DNA of 32,000 nt from Zygophlyctis sp. KS116 (GCA_054661495.1 BAAFSQ010000079.1:1-32000), one strand, 5' to 3'; counted from the first letter of the stretch, positions 19,378 to 31,330 are shown. The notes: generated by a model from the sequence alone, not told the origin. A program made the numbers and translations.

Positions 19378-20723
19378 ATGAGCACTATCAGTAATCGGGG
19401 ACGTTGGAACTATCTTCTGATAACGATTACTGCATTGCTTCTGGCTCTAATAATAACCACCACAGTCGTCTTATTAAATAAACAAAAACAGATAAATGCA
19501 TTCGACCCTTCTAATAATCAATCAATTAATCCAGAACCAGCAGAACCATCAGTACCATCATCAATACCAAGCAATAATCCGGTACCTAATCAAAATGGGC
19601 AGATATGTAGTAATCCTAGAATCAGAAAGTCATGGACTGAATTAAGTTATGAAGAAAAATCAAGATTTCTGAACGCCGTGACGCAGATCAAGAGCAAACC
19701 TCCGCAGACAAGTTCTGCAACTAATCGATATGAAGATTTTGTGATTACCCATGATCTCTATAAATCACGCGCCCATAACATATCTGCTTTTCTCCCGTGG
19801 CATAGACATTTTATTAATGAATTTGAAAAAGAACTACAATTAATTGACTCTTCAATTACATTACCATTTTGGGATTGGGCTAGTGATTCTTCAAATCCTG
19901 CTGCATCATCAGTATTGGCCAATGATGCATTTGGTGGAGATGGAGATCCACAAACTGGATGTGTTAGAGATGGAGCTTTTGCTAATTGGCAGACTTCATA
20001 TCCTTCTAATCACTGCCTGCAGCGTCAATTTAATGGCGGTAGATCTGTAATACAAGGATGGTCTTCTCCTGCTCAGGTAGCGGCACTTGTGTTTCGCTTT
20101 ACTGATTGTAATTATACCGTTTATCTTAAAAAATAGATGCTCAATTCCGTAGTGCTTTCGAGTCAACTCCTCATGCTGCAGTTCATAATGGCATCGGGGG
20201 AGATATGCGACAATTTTTTTCTCCAAACGATCCTTTATTTTGGCTTCATCATTCAAATGTTGACCGATACTTTCTTGCTTGGCAATTAGAACATCCCCAA
20301 AGCCCTTATAATGGTGGCTCTTTGAACGATATGATGGCTCCTTTCAATATACCAATATCAAGCGCTTTCAGGATACCTAATAACTCTGAATATTGTTACA
20401 CTTATTCATTAGGCTCTGATTCTATGAGACGATCACTTTCTAAAAGGGACACCCTAAATTCAAAAAATAAAGAGCTTCAATGCCCTCCCCATATACCCGA
20501 TGAATTTACTTTAAGCATGGGATGTAGCGTAGATCATGTTAGAATGACAGAGAAAATCATTTGCGATTTTACGCAAAAATTCAACAAAAAACGATATTTA
20601 ACACAAGAAACAAAACTATCTATTTCCGAAGAAGACTCTAATCATATTAGTACTAAAATATGGCGTTATCACAGTGGGATTGAAAGAAATATGATTTTAG
20701 ATTCTCTGAATGAAATAGACTAA
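19378..20723 (+). CDS. Tyrosinase paralogue with N-terminal membrane anchor and Pro/Asn-rich stalk, about 438 aa
   Basis: CSNPRIRKSW; FVITH...AHNISAFLPWHR; LPFWDW; PHAAVH...SPNDPLFWLHHSNVDR; YCYTY. Intron 20108-20136. Confidence 0.94.
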
Positions 20724-20732
20724 AAATCATTC

Positions 20733-21423
20733 TTATTGAAGATCGCCAAACATGAGTCGCTGAGCAAGTTGCTCAAACTTAACTACCTTTCCGCTTGATT
20801 CCAACTGTAACACCCAAACAAGATCATATCTACTTTTGGGCCATTTATCTGGTACATTTTCTGCACCCAATTCTTTAGCAATTACTGATAGCTGTTGATG
20901 TGACCAACAAACAATTACAGAATGTCCATAATACCAGGGATCTTTCAGTTTTGATATAAGATCGGGCAGCTGCCTTTTTGGATATGTCAAGAAATCAACA
21001 CATCCGTTGCTTATGGACAATCCCTCACCTCCATCTTTCAAAGTGGTACCGGTCTTTAAAGCATTAACCAATGGTTCAACAGTTTGTTTTGGCTATCTTT
21101 AATAAATAACTAATTACCCTCAAGGACATGCCCCATTTTTCAACATCATCCACATCTTGCGCAATTACTGCCTTCAATGGATTAGATGTGAAAAGCTTTT
21201 TCATTTCATGCCGATGTAAAAAGTAACCAACCAATGCATGCGCTCTCTCGCAGCCTTTTACAGATAACAGATGATTATCAGAGTAATCGGATTTATTGAC
21301 GGTCTGTTCAAGGCCTGATGGCCAATGATGTTTCTCTGCATGTCTTATTAGGAGTATTGTAGTCAAATTGTCTTCTAACCCGCTAGAGGAAGAACTGCAA
21401 GAACTTGAATCACTAAAAGGCAT
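20733..21423 (-). CDS. Histidine phosphatase (phosphoglycerate-mutase-like) superfamily protein, about 221 aa
   Basis: LLIRHAEK, LSVKGCERA, SLRPKQTVEPL (formed after removing intron 21093-21117), VIVCWSH and WP..RYDLVW. Confidence 0.82.
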
Positions 21424-21428
21424 GAAAA

Positions 21429-23765
21429 TTATCTTCTTTTTTTAACGTCTTTATAAGCTGGGGAACGATCTCTCTTTCGAAGTTGAGCCAGTCGGGCACT
21501 GTGTGCATTTTCTAAGCCAGCTAGCCTATCATCTGTAGGCTCCTCTCTCTTCCGTGGTCTTTCATCACTATCAGAATTATTTCTTCCATCCTGCTCCTTT
21601 CTACTTCTTTCACTATGATGCGAAGATGGTTTTCGTTCATTAGATCTATGGTGATGGCGAGAGGTATGGGATTCTCGAGAATGCTCATATCTTCTTCCTT
21701 TTCGATCGGGACTGCCATCTCCACGATGATACTTTTTACTGTCCTGACCATCATACCGATTTCTAGAGCTATTTCTATCTTCTCGTGAATATCTCCTAGT
21801 AGAATGATCTCTATTTCTATCAGAATGACGGATAGGGCTTTTTGATCTTGAATGGCTTCTATTACGATCTCTTCTCGAGTTTGAAAAGTCATCAGAATGG
21901 CGTTCCGGAGAGACACTTTCCCTCCTTTGGCTTGGCCTCAAATGACGTCTGGAATCCTTCACTCTTTCTAAGCTAGAATCCCGAGAAGATACTTTTGATT
22001 TGCTACTTTCCGATTCTTCTGATGACGTATCATCTTTCTCAGCTTCTTGGCGAGCTTTTGCAATCTTTACGGCTTCAGCCAAAAATTCTCTCATAGTTTC
22101 TAACTTGAGAAAAATAAAAGCATACCTGTTAATGCGCCAAGTCCTATACTGGTGTAATAATTAATTGCAAAACGAGTATTTTTTGGATGGTCTTTCGGAA
22201 ACATTCCTTGAAAAGCATTTCTGTTTACCAGCCCAGCATCAGTTTGTACAGATATGATCATGGTTTCATCGTTAAATCTTTCTATTAATTTTTTGAGGCC
22301 CATTGAACTGACCAAGTCCTGAAGTAGAATTTTCAAAAAAATACGAGAAGAAGAGGTTGTATCTTGTTCTGTCAAACTGATCAAAGAGAATATATTCCAG
22401 TCTATCGCATCAGCCGCCAACAAATGACCATAAAATTTAGCAATATTTCTCAGCCTATTAGTTTCAAAACGATGAATAGTTTTGTATGTTTCTTCAAATC
22501 CATCTGAAAATGCAGACTCCCAGGCCTTATTCAATCTACAAAATCGTTCTCCTAAAAGACCATAAAATGATACAAATGTTTTTTCTTGTGAACAACACTC
22601 TACAATCATAGATGTCAATTCTGATTCTTGTCCTATTCAATTAAAAAAAATTAAAAAAATACCTTCTGGTATATCCAGTTTAAGTAATTTATGACAACAC
22701 TCTTCATAGTTTAGAGAAGACATGATTGTCAAATATATAGCTCTTCTAAGATTAACCAAATTAGTATTTGTTTGATCTTCAATTACAATTCTAGCCTTTT
22801 CCTTCATTTCTTCCTCATCAACTTCTTCTTCCTCATCTTCCTCTTCCTCTTCATCATCTGATTCTCCGCCTAAAATTTCCCTCTTAATGTCAGCATATTT
22901 CGCCTCATTTTCCAAAAACTCGGGATCAAACGCAAAAACATTGAGAACATCCTCAACCTCTAAATCATCCGTCAATCCTAATGTATGTGTCATTTGATCT
23001 TCTTCTTCAATCAAATCTAATTCCTTTTCATTAAATTTTGCTTAAATTACTTCTGGAATGCTAGGATGGTTTTTATAATTCTCTTTTCGGACTTGAAATA
23101 AGACCTCAACCATATATTGTGTTCTCACATCAATTTCTCCCTGATGTAAAATAGATCTAAACCTTTCAAAAACGGCATTTGCTGCTCTGGATGATTCAAC
23201 CTTTACTCTAAGAAATTCAACAAAATACCTGTAAAAAAGCACCAACATCTCTCATAAATCCAACAGCAACTTCTACAGAGTCATCCGTAGGCTTTTCCAA
23301 GAGTAAGGTTAATAGTTGCAGTCCCAAAATTTCATTTGCAACTCTAAAATTGACCAATTGCGCAATAAACTTTACCACTGCCACAAGTATGGCTTTATCA
23401 GATCTTTTGTAAGCTCTTTTAAACTGATGAATTAAACGCATAAGAAGCAACTGCCCAATTTGAGGAAACTTTGTATTTACAACCGCAACCAAACATGCGT
23501 ACACTGGAGTAAATGGCAAAGAAGCAGCCTGAGCTTTCATGAGACTTTTGCAAAAGAGACCTCTGCCTCTCATCAAGTTTTCTGAGAGTAATTCTGGAAC
23601 AATATTCTTAATGTTGCTTGTATTAACTTTATTAATCAGCCCATTGATTGATTTCTTTAGCGCCTCCCATGCAATTTTCTGATATTCTTCTCCAGACTTG
23701 TCCTTAATCTTTGCCTGGAGAGCTCGCAACTTGTATGGCGGTAGATAAGTTCCACCAGATTTCAT
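21429..23765 (-). CDS. CWC22: Pre-mRNA splicing factor CWC22 (MIF4G + MA3 domains, RS/RD-rich tail), about 741 aa
   Basis: [81 protein letters not shown] and [18 protein letters not shown]. Introns 23201-23228, 23024-23050, 22633-22662 and 22100-22125. Confidence 0.97.
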
Positions 23766-23813
23766 CTTTTATAAAAACCTCAACCTTAAAGTTTAAAAGT
23801 CTTTATTATTCGC

Positions 23814-25246
23814 CTAATAATAGATGGGCGACATTGCTGCTCTTATACGATTATAATCTTGTAGAGATTCTACTGGACCATATCCAACAACAGCTATTTC
23901 TTTATCATAAATGTACTTTTGAGTTGCATCCATTACAGAAGAAAGTGACACAGACTCTATTAAAGCATCAACTTCCCAAGGGTCAAGACGCTTTCCATAA
24001 CACAACATTTGACGTCCAATTTCTTCAGCTATAGGTGTCGTACCATCCAATGACAATAGTAAAGCTGTTTTCAAGGCATTCTTTGCCCTAAAAACTTCAG
24101 CTTCAGTAATATTTATAGCTAAACGATGCCATTCCTGTTGAATACAATGAGTCAAATCATCTAAAGATTCAAAATTTTCAGAAACTGCATAAATTCCAAA
24201 TAGTCCAGTATCACTATAAGAAGTATTAAATGACATGTAAGAATTTGCCAAATTTTCTTTTGATATAATTCTGGCCAAGGGAGAGCTTACATGAGAAGAA
24301 GCTCCAAGAGAACGATCCCAAGATCCACAAAGAGCCTGAGCGACTAATAAAGACCAATAATCTGGGGATGTCCAAGACACACCCTCAACAGCAAAAGCCA
24401 CATGAGCAGTAGGATGATCATCAAATCTTGCCCGTAAATCAGAACCAACAAAAGTTGGTTTTACAAGTTTTCTAGACTCTAGACTCTTTTTTAAACCTCC
24501 AAAATGCTATAATTTTCAAAAAAAATTATAAAAAATACCTTTTCAGCAAGTTTAACCAATTCTTCATGATCAACACCACCAGCAGCTACCAGAACCATTC
24601 TTTCTGGAGTATAATTTTTACTAATATAGTCTTCTAAATCTTTTTTACTAATAGATTTAATATTTTCATTAGTTCCAAGAATAGTAAGACCAAGAGAATT
24701 TCCTCTAAAAGCTATACCATGTAAATGATCAAAGACAACTTCTTCCTTATTCTTATCCACTTCTTCTGCTTCACGTAGAATTACATCTCTTTCTCTCTCA
24801 ATTGCAGACTCTGAGAGTGTAGCTCCTTGTAAAATATCAGAGAGAATTCCAACAGCCGACGGGACATCAGATGACAGAGTTTTAGCATAATACACAGTTT
24901 GCTCTCTGGACGTGTAAGCGTTTAAATGACCTCCCATGTTTTCAATTAAAGTTTCCAATTCCACTTGAGAACGAGACTTTGTTCCTTTAAATGCCATGTG
25001 TTCCAGAAAGTGTGCAGTTCCATTATTTTTCTCATTTTCAAATCTTGAGCCTGCATCCAACCAAATCCCAACAGTTGCAGTGACAGAATTTGAATTTGAC
25101 TCTGAAGCTATTCTGAATCCATTCGACAAGACAGAAATCTTTGTACTTGGAATGTTTGATAGAGATTTAGAGTAATTTAAGGAAACTAGTCCATTGCTTG
25201 GAGTTGGTGTGGAAAGAGCAATTTTAGAGGAAAATCGTCTCAACAT
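23814..25246 (-). CDS. MAS1: Mitochondrial processing peptidase beta subunit (M16), about 466 aa
   Basis: Presequence-like MLRRFSSK; [23 protein letters not shown] (HxxEH); [13 protein letters not shown]; [13 protein letters not shown]; [14 protein letters not shown]. Intron 24507-24538. Confidence 0.96.
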
Positions 25247-25341
25247 TTTTCTTTTTTTTTCGAGGAAATTCTGTATTAATTGAAATTTATATCCCTTTAA
25301 ATATTATATGCTCTTCAACTTATAATTACTTGACGACACTC

Positions 25342-26253
25342 CTACTTTCTAGGAGATCCATAAACTTGTTTTAGAATTACTCCTTTATGATTCCAAAAAA
25401 ACAATTTAAATTGATTCTCATATACCAAAACTTGAACAAACCCCAACTGATTATCAGCAGACCATCCTATTTTAGGAGAACATGGTTCTTCAAATTTAGA
25501 TCCTGCACCAGAGATTACATAATGCGTATTTTTTAATAATGCATATTGTAAAGAATGACAGTGTCCTGCAAAATATGCACTTATATTATACCTTGATAAA
25601 TTATTTCTAAGCCATTTCAATTCAAAAGTTTCAAGATCTGGACAATTTCCTTTTAAATCAGTATATATAATTTAAAAATTACCTAGAGGATAATGTCCAA
25701 CTACAAAAATATAATCATAATTAGAAAATCTTTTTAATTGTTTAATTATCCATCTCTTTATAAATACTAGAGAGTTTTTTGACATGCTATTTTTGAAATT
25801 TTCCTTCATGGCTCTAGAATCCCCATTTAATCCATTTGCAAGTAAATTTACATCAAGATAAATGAATGCAGCATTAAAATTACTTTTTGTAATGGTTTTT
25901 GTATAAAATAAATCAGGCATGATCCATTTTGGATTTAATTTTGAATATTCTACTTGGCATTCAGGACAAGAGTACCAATCATGATTTCCTAAAACAGAAT
26001 ACCATTCGAGATCAGACAATGGTCCATTATAAGTATTTTTCCAAATTTCTGTAAACTTATCATCATTAACCGACAACACTCCATCATAATTGTATCCTCC
26101 GCCAAAATAGAAATTATCACCAGCAGAAATTATAAAGTCGGTTGCATTAGTTGATACAATCTCCTTCATTGCATTGGCAACACAAGTCTGATTAGATGAA
26201 TTATATCCCCAATCCCCAATCACAAGAAAGCCCAAGAGATGATCAAGTTGCAT
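25342..26253 (-). CDS. Tartrate-resistant/purple acid phosphatase (ACP5-like metallophosphoesterase), about 292 aa
   Basis: GDWG, GDNFY, LGNHD, VVGHYP, AGHCHSLQ and VISGAGS. Intron 25650-25682. The start is uncertain: 26253 is the first in-frame ATG, and the track's 26304 is a GTG. Confidence 0.88.
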
Positions 26254-26316
26254 ATGGACTGCAAATTTGCAAGGCCTTGTTCCTCTGGTGACATCATTCT
26301 TCACAGATCATTAATA

Positions 26317-29300
26317 ATGGATCATCAATTGGATCAATCTAGTAATCATCAAGCACAATCAGACTCTGAACTATTGTCTACTGAATCTGTTAGAGTCAAA
26401 TACTCTGAAAACGCTGATGGAGAATCTAAAGTTGTTCCGACAACCTCAAAGGCGGAAACGTTATCAGAAATACAAGGACTTTTCAATGAGTCGCAAAAGA
26501 TTGCTTATGTTGGGCTTTGCTATGCATGGATCTATAACTTTAAAAAGAGTAGATTTTCTTCAACGAGTGCTGATAAGAGGGCGCTGGTTCAGTATGAAAA
26601 ATGGTCATTGGAGTATATGGAAAAAATATTTGTATATTTGGATTTTTCTACAAAAGGTATTGTCATCTTATAGTAAAAGTAAAGAAAGAAATTTAATTCA
26701 AAATCTGGCATTTCATGGGGCTCAGCCAAAGGATTTAGCTTCTACATTGATTCAAGATGCTAAAGATACTATGGCTGCTGTAGAATTAGAGGAAAAGGCT
26801 AGATTACAAAGGCATCAGGAAGCTTTAAATGCTGGGATAATGGTTCCAAATGATGCGTTATATATTCCTGAAATGCCAAGAGATATTAGATTTGTATTAT
26901 TAAGTCATATGTTTTTATTATCAATATCAGATGGATTTTATGATGCAAGATCAAGGGCTTTAGTGAAATCTGTTGCTAGCTACTTGGATGTTTCATTATT
27001 TGATACTATAAGGATTGAATTTGCTATAGCGGATCAACTTAGGATCAGTGTACACGAAGGAGAAAAATTTAAGCATGCAGAGACTATTATTGGTGAAAGG
27101 AATAAAATAGATTCAAGAAATAGATATTTATTTGCTGGATTGGCGACTATTGCGGGAGGAGCAGTGATTGGTTTAACTGCAGGAATAGCTGCCCCATTTA
27201 TCGGGGCTGGCATAGGAGCTACTCTTACAACTTTTGGTGTGACTGGAGCGGCTGGTATAGGGACTTTTATGGCGAGTGCCGGAGGATTGGCTTTAATTAC
27301 AACTGGTGGGGTCCTCACAGGCGGTGGTATGTTTTGGTTCATACGGTTAATATTTAGGAATGTCTGGTGTAAAAATGATGAAAAGAACTCGAGGGGTTCA
27401 AGAATTTGAATTTCTTTCAATAGAAGACGCTATGGCTTTAATTCTAAAGCACCGTGAGGAACGGCGCTTGGACAAAAAGAAAAAGGAAGCCAAAGGATCT
27501 AAACATAATTCAAAAAATTCACTAGAGGAGAAGAAAGGATCTAGAAATAATTCAAAAATTTCACTCGAGGAAGAGAAAATATCTAGAAAGGGTTCTACCC
27601 CTGGACCAGGGAAATCTAAATCCGATCTGACCGATGAGAATAAGTCACATGAAAAGAAAGAAGCATATATCAACCCAATAGATCTACATACTGAATTGTG
27701 GGTTAACTCCGTTGAGAATTTAAGGTCGGAATCAATGAAAAGTCTGGGCCAAGAATCTAATGAAGCTGGAGCTTCTCTTCCATCTGTTTTGCAGAATATT
27801 TCTGCTGAATCCTCCACTTTCAATAGTGAAACAAAGGGGAGCATGTTAGTAGAAGATCCTGAATCCGAAATAAGTAGTGCTAGTTATATCCATGAAAAGC
27901 ATCTCTCAAGGGATTCTAATTCTCGCCAAACCAATGTTTTAATCACGGTTGGAGGCTGGGTATATCATGATTCAGATGAGCATTCTTTGCCTTTTAGTGT
28001 CTTACAGCGGAATATGCACGGAGACCAGTATTCTTTAGTTTGGGAGACCGATACTCTTCTAGAGCTAGGATCATCCTTGAAAATTGTTGTATCAGAGATA
28101 GCGTCATTTATTGTACAGCAAGGAATACAAGGTAATCTATTGTAAAACGCTCAACATTAGCACTTTTGCTACCTGCGTTAATGGCTGCTATTACTGGCCC
28201 TTTGTGGATGCTTAAACTTTCTTATTTAATTGATAACCCCTGGGGAAATGGCCTTACAAAAGCAGAGAAAGTCGGCAGGGTAATTTTAGCTTTTTAAATA
28301 TAGGTATTGGCCGATACAATGCTTGGTCAAGTTCAGGGTAACCGCCCCGTGACGTTGGTTGGTTATTCCTTGGGTGCTCGGGTTATATATTTTTGCCTGG
28401 AAGAATTGGCCTCTAAAGGTGCATTTGGGATCGTTGAAGATGTTTATCTATTCGGATGCCCAGTTATGGTTGAACTTAAGCAATGGCAAGCAGTGGCTAC
28501 TGCTGTGTCTGGGCGCATAGTTAATGGATATTGTCCGAATGACAGTATTTTAGCAATTCTTTATCGTGCATCAGCATCTTCATGGTCAGATGTAGCTGGA
28601 TTACAACCGATCCTAGGCGTAAACGGAGTTGAAAATGTTAATCTCGAGGATGTTGTAAAAGGGCATACTGAATATTTTTCTAAAATGCCTCTGGTCCTTG
28701 AAAAATGTGGATTTTCAATTACAGATACCTATTTTGAAGATGAGGAGGATATGGAGGAGCAAGAAAGAATTAAAGCACAAGAACAAAAATCTAAAATAAA
28801 TGAGAAAAGGCTACGTGAAAAGGAAGAAAAATTGAAACGGAGGCAACAGAAATACCACGAGAAGCTTTTAAATGAACAGGAAGAAGTGGATCGTCAATTA
28901 GCCCATCAGTTGAAAGAAGAGGCCCTAAAATTTGTAGAAAAGGAGTCGTCCGCTGAAGTAAATACGGGCTTGGTAGGATTTAGATCTTCTGCACAGAAGG
29001 TAGATGTAAATGATGATCCACTAAACTTACCATTTGAAATTAAAGAAATGAAAAGCACGCTTCCTCCTCTCTCTATCAGTTTCAATTCTACAATTAGAAG
29101 CTCTCTTGATTTGGATTCAAGCTTGAGCGAAGCTGGGCTTCATTCTCTTGTTGGAAGCTTAGATGCATCCTCTCATAAATCTTTAAATCCTGGACTTGGA
29201 ATCAGTACTGAAAATATTAGGGAAAGAAAAACAGAATTTGAGTACATTAGTGATTCAGAAGACGATAAGCGAATGACCAGCGGAAGCTTTTTAAGTGCAC

Positions 29301-29446
29301 CGGCGCGGGAGTCAATGAAAAGTGAATATTTCTTAAAAAGTCCAACTTCATCATCTATTACAGAGCCAAGCCCAACACATACCCGGGTACGACATAAGAG
29401 CAATAATCCCCTATCTCCAGAACTTATTCGCAACTTCAATCAGTAA
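26317..29446 (+). CDS. DUF726/TMCO4 (Mil1-like) alpha/beta-hydrolase-fold membrane protein, about 1005 aa
   Basis: YDARSRAL; Gly/Ala-rich GLATIAGGAVIGLTAGIAAPFIGAG; RTRGVQEFEF; LIDNPW; GNRPVTLVGYSLGARVI; VSGRIVNGY; GH.EY. Introns 26657-26684, 27327-27357, 28132-28160 and 28280-28303. Confidence 0.92.
27492..27575 (+). repeat. Imperfect 42-nt in-frame tandem duplication inside the DUF726 gene
   Basis: 27492-27533 encodes KGSKHNSKNSLEEK and 27534-27575 encodes KGSRNNSKISLEEE. A degenerate partial third copy (KISRKGS) follows. Confidence 0.85.
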
Positions 29447-29479
29447 TTATTATTTATCTTGTTATTCATCAATACACAA

Positions 29480-30140
29480 TTATGATCTGTCATTTAAGTC
29501 TGATAGAATCTGAAGTTCAGTATTTAGAATTGTCTCGGGAACATAATCTGCATCATCTTCATCTTCATCATTCAAAATTTCTTGAGAAATATTGCTTATA
29601 TTTAGAAGATTCGGCTGAGCCTGACGTTTATCGGAATAAAGCTCGGTTGATTGTAATCTTCTTTTGAGTGCATTTTGAGCTGTCTGGCATGAAAGTGTCG
29701 GCGTTAGATAAAGCTGAGGGGGTATATGTTCCAATATTTCTTTTGGGGGCATAAACGGCTGTATTGGCACATAATAAGATTTTTTAGAATCTTGTACCAT
29801 AGTTGGAGGTTTTATTCCTTGAAATATACCATTTTCTAATTTTGATGGTAGCGATACTGGTGTTAAATCCGGTAAATCAATGTTTTTCTAACATTAAATT
29901 CAATGATTTACTTTTAACAGATCTGCTGATGCGGCTAAGAATTTCAAATTGGTTCCAAGTCGTTTATGATAACTATATTCGAAATAAATGAATATTTTAC
30001 ATTAAAAATTCTGGTTGATCTACCCAACCATTATTTTGATATTCGGTTAAAATCTTCAAAAGTACAGAATTAATTTCTAAAATATTTTGTATCGTAGAGA
30101 AAGTAAACTGAGGAACTGTGACAAAGTCTTGTTCGGACAT
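29480..30140 (-). CDS. SSXT/SS18 N-terminal-homology domain protein (SWI/SNF-associated, SS18/GIF-like), about 202 aa
   Basis: Removing introns 29973-30000 and 29888-29911 gives TIQNILEINSVLLKILTEYQNNGW...FLIYHKRLGTNLKFLAASAD. This matches the SSXT pattern IQ..L.EN..LI..I.EYQ..G......YQ..L..NL.YLA.IAD and continues in frame into ORF 29480..29800. Confidence 0.78.
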
Positions 30141-30202
30141 TCTGCTAAACTCGTGTTTCTTCCGACCAAAAGGTGAAAAAATATCTAACACTATTGGGAA
30201 GT

Positions 30203-30206
30203 AAAA
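30203..30206 (-). terminator. Probable RNA polymerase III oligo-T terminator of the tRNA
   Basis: TTTT on the minus strand, 3 nt after the discriminator base. With only four T it may be weak. Confidence 0.5.
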
Positions 30207-30209
30207 GTA

Positions 30210-30281
30210 CTCCCTGGCGGGGAATCGAACCCCGACCGCATCGGTGAAAGCGATGAATCCTAACCATTGGACCACCAAGGA
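30210..30281 (-). tRNA. tRNA-Glu, anticodon TTC
   Basis: Minus strand reads TCCTTGGTGGTCCAATGGTTAGGATTCATCGCTTTCACCGATGCGGTCGGGGTTCGATTCCCCGCCAGGGAG. Acceptor stem TCCTTGG/CCAGGGA, anticodon stem CATCG/CGATG with loop CTTTCAC, T-loop GTTCGAT. No intron and no encoded CCA. Confidence 0.97.
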
Positions 30282-30627
30282 ACTGGAAGAGAAAATGGTA
30301 GTTTTTACATATTCCTTAAAATAATACTCAAAATTCTTTTTCGAGTTTTGATCTGCAGCTTGCTATTTTATAATTGATGGGCCGGGATACACACCTCTTT
30401 GATTCATGTTATTATCGCTGCTAGACTTTCTAGTTGATCCGGATCTATTTTTCTGTAGTAATAATTTAAACCAGTATTTTAAATTTAAGTTGACATTTCA
30501 AAACATATCATTCATGCAAAATGTTTTGTGATTAACTGAGAGATCCTATTAAACATTAAAATTGATTACAGTTTTGAAACAAGAGTTAACACGTAGGAGT
30601 ATAGCCCCTTTGTCGTTTTCCTTTTCA

Positions 30628-31302
30628 ATGGAATATAAAAGCTCTGAATTCATTTCCGATAAAAGTCTATTCAAGATTAGAGCATTATTTTTATTCCTCT
30701 GTATCGCATGCATATCTTGGTTTTCTATATATAGTGAATTCTTCTTGTTTTTTACAAATTGGAGTTGGTTCCTGAATGCAATCTACTTTTCTTTGATTTT
30801 AAATTGTAAATATCTTGGTCGGACAGTCCTTCGAATATTTCTTGCCGTTTCTATATCCAGTACTTTAATAGTTTCAATAGTGTTTTGGAGTCTCCTTTGT
30901 TCAAATATTCAGTATGTCTCCACGATTCATGAGAAAATTGCCCTGGTGATTCAACATTCACTAAATAGTATAATAATGCTAACGGAAGGATTTTTATGTA
31001 AGATCTCAGTGACTTGGTATGACTTTGTATTTGTAGATGCATTCATCTTAATTTATGTTCTATGTATAGTATTGCTAAAGATCACCTATGGTATAACATG
31101 GCCTTATCCTTTTTTTGATTATCTAGATCTATTTTGGCCTTTTAAATTAGCTTCGATTTTTGGAGCGTTAATGTTGGGCGTTTTTGGGTTTTTAGTTCTT
31201 CGAGGATTACTACACATTAAAGAAACTAGAAAATGGTCAGGGGATATGGAGGATAATTCATTGGTTGAAGAGACTGAAAGACTCAATCAAGTAACTGCTT
31301 AG
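30628..31302 (+). CDS. Multi-pass membrane protein, FAR-17a/AIG1/ADTRP- or rolling-stone-like
   Basis: About six hydrophobic segments with FFTNWS, VFWSLL, QHSLN and WPYPFFD. Intronless. The first ATG is 30628; the track start 30562 is a TTG. Confidence 0.7.
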   Translation: MEYKSSEFISDKSLFKIRALFLFLCIACISWFSIYSEFFLFFTNWSWFLNAIYFSLILNCKYLGRTVLRIFLAVSISSTLIVSIVFWSLLCSNIQYVSTIHEKIALVIQHSLNSIIMLTEGFLCKISVTWYDFVFVDAFILIYVLCIVLLKITYGITWPYPFFDYLDLFWPFKLASIFGALMLGVFGFLVLRGLLHIKETRKWSGDMEDNSLVEETERLNQVTA

Positions 31303-31330
31303 GGCCGCAATACCGACCGTTGCCGTTTTA

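Noticed and set aside
21521-21916. 131-aa alternative-frame ORF within CWC22
   Set aside because: It is a by-product of the low-complexity RS/RD-coding tail, has a non-ATG start and shows no recognisable domain.
27034-27844. Antisense ORFs 27034..27420 and 27398..27844, and similar shadows (2425, 4891, 6079, 7710, 8289, 10326, 12500, 17808, 23711, 29173)
   Set aside because: They lie opposite or within well-supported genes, lack motifs, and are expected shadow ORFs.
29791-29829. A third intron in the SSXT gene
   Set aside because: The frame already continues openly (LENGIFQGIKPPTMVQDS), so no intron is required.
30141-30278. 5' part of ORF 29997..30278 as protein coding
   Set aside because: It starts at a GTG inside the tRNA-Glu gene. 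The plausible start is ATG 30140.
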